Source: an uncultured Halobacteria archaeon
GTDB taxonomy: Archaea > Halobacteriota > Syntropharchaeia > JACQPP01
Assembly: GCA_964486625.1 (NCBI GenBank)
Contig: CAZANW010000002.1
Location: 1-52,743, forward strand
DNA length: 52,743 nt
Reading direction: 5' to 3'
The position numbers were made by a program, and so were the translations under genes. This document shows positions 52,057 through 52,743 of this stretch, piece by piece. Each line of letters opens with the position of its first letter. Position 1 is the stretch's first letter. The notes below the pieces were generated by a model. It saw nothing but the letters and a program-made list of their open reading frames with translations, was not told where the DNA came from and did no database searches.

Positions 52057-52743
52057 CCCTCCCCGCTCCTCCCGCGGTAGTGAAAAGTCCCCCGCCCCGG
52101 GGAGGGGCCCGGGATGCCGGGTGACGGTGTAACTCCTGGAAACGGAGTTCAGAGGCCGCAGATTGAAGGAAAATCCGTTTAAACGTTGAATCAATTTCCG
52201 ACGTGAAACGACGTAACGACCCGTCGTAGAATATCCCTTCTTCTACATATTCAAGATTGGGTCATGGGGTCTGCGGGAAGGCGGTCCGGGGAAGTGCAGG
52301 CGGCGGCCACGTTGGCCGGCGAAGCGCCCGCGCCCCCCTCGCAGTCACCATGAAACGGCCCGACACCAGCGCGAAGCAAGTCCGGTGCGGCGCCCCTTCC
52401 CGGGGCGTGCCCGCGTGCGCGAGGCCGCCGGCGCCATCCATCCGGCGCCCGGTCTCCGCATCTCCAGGCCGGACGACGAACAGCGACATCCCATCCGGGG
52501 CCGGGCAGACCCGCCCTGCGGTCAGGGAGCTGCGGGTCAGTGAGGCGGGCCAGGCTTGCATCCCGGCAAGCGGGGAGGGGGGCCAGTGAGCGCACCTCTC
52601 CCCGCGCCGGGCGGGAGCCTCGCCTTGCTCCGGGAGAAGGCCAGGTTCGGTTCCGTGGTCTATTTCGACCTGCGGGTGTGGAGAAGGAAGCAGCAGAACT
52701 TTCCTGCGATGCTTGCTGGCGCCAAAACCAAGGGGGGTGAAAG

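Noticed and set aside
52251-52743. Three mutually overlapping ORFs (52251..52595 -, 52257..52589 +, 52262..52561 -) and a possible 5' partial gene from GTG 52586 (+)
   Set aside because: No motif was recognised, and GC3 does not discriminate clearly between the frames. The window ends before any of them can be judged, so I left them unannotated.

Overview
This window is a very GC-rich archaeal chromosome segment. The archaeal assignment rests on TFB, RNA polymerase subunits Rpo10/RpoN and Rpo6/RpoK, Gar1, NMD3, a type-A RNase P RNA, a PGF-CTERM sorting signal and SMC-ScpAB. I cannot name the lineage from sequence alone; it looks like an uncultivated euryarchaeote or Thermoplasmatota-like organism. 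About 80% is core genome. It holds a giant, sequon-saturated surface glycoprotein (5'-truncated), the rpoN - tRNA-Pro - rpoK - eno - rps2 cluster, an operon MEMO1 / MAGE-like double winged-helix / DUF835 membrane protein / KaiC-like ATPase, three SDR genes, a GH2 glycosidase, a secreted propeller/PEGA protein, aconitase-family small and large subunits, tusA-acyP-tusA, RPA plus its partner, smc - radical SAM/SPASM - scpA - scpB, an acyl-CoA dehydrogenase, dihydroorotase, AMMECR1, and gar1-tfb and nmd3-trm5 pairs. From about 38.4 to 48.8 kb lies an accessory island inserted next to, and apparently into the 3' end of, the RNase P RNA gene. It carries an intact tyrosine integrase, wHTH/RHH/zinc-ribbon ORFs, iteron-like repeats, AbiEi/AbiEii, RHH-DUF433-DUF5615(PIN), a nucleotidyltransferase fusion, a DUF4143 ATPase cassette flanked by ~100-bp direct repeats, and a decayed second integrase. 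Two undescribed repeat families stand out. One is an AT-rich ~125-bp palindrome (2 copies). The other is a GC-rich, highly structured mosaic element (4 loci), including a perfect 125-bp inverted repeat that brackets the leuC-like gene. There are also several gene scars: a ghost smc 3' end, and a DUF2236 pseudogene carrying an inserted acyl-CoA dehydrogenase 3' fragment. Most long ORFs in the six-frame track are GC-driven shadow ORFs. All functional calls come from motif-level reading of the translations; no database search was run.
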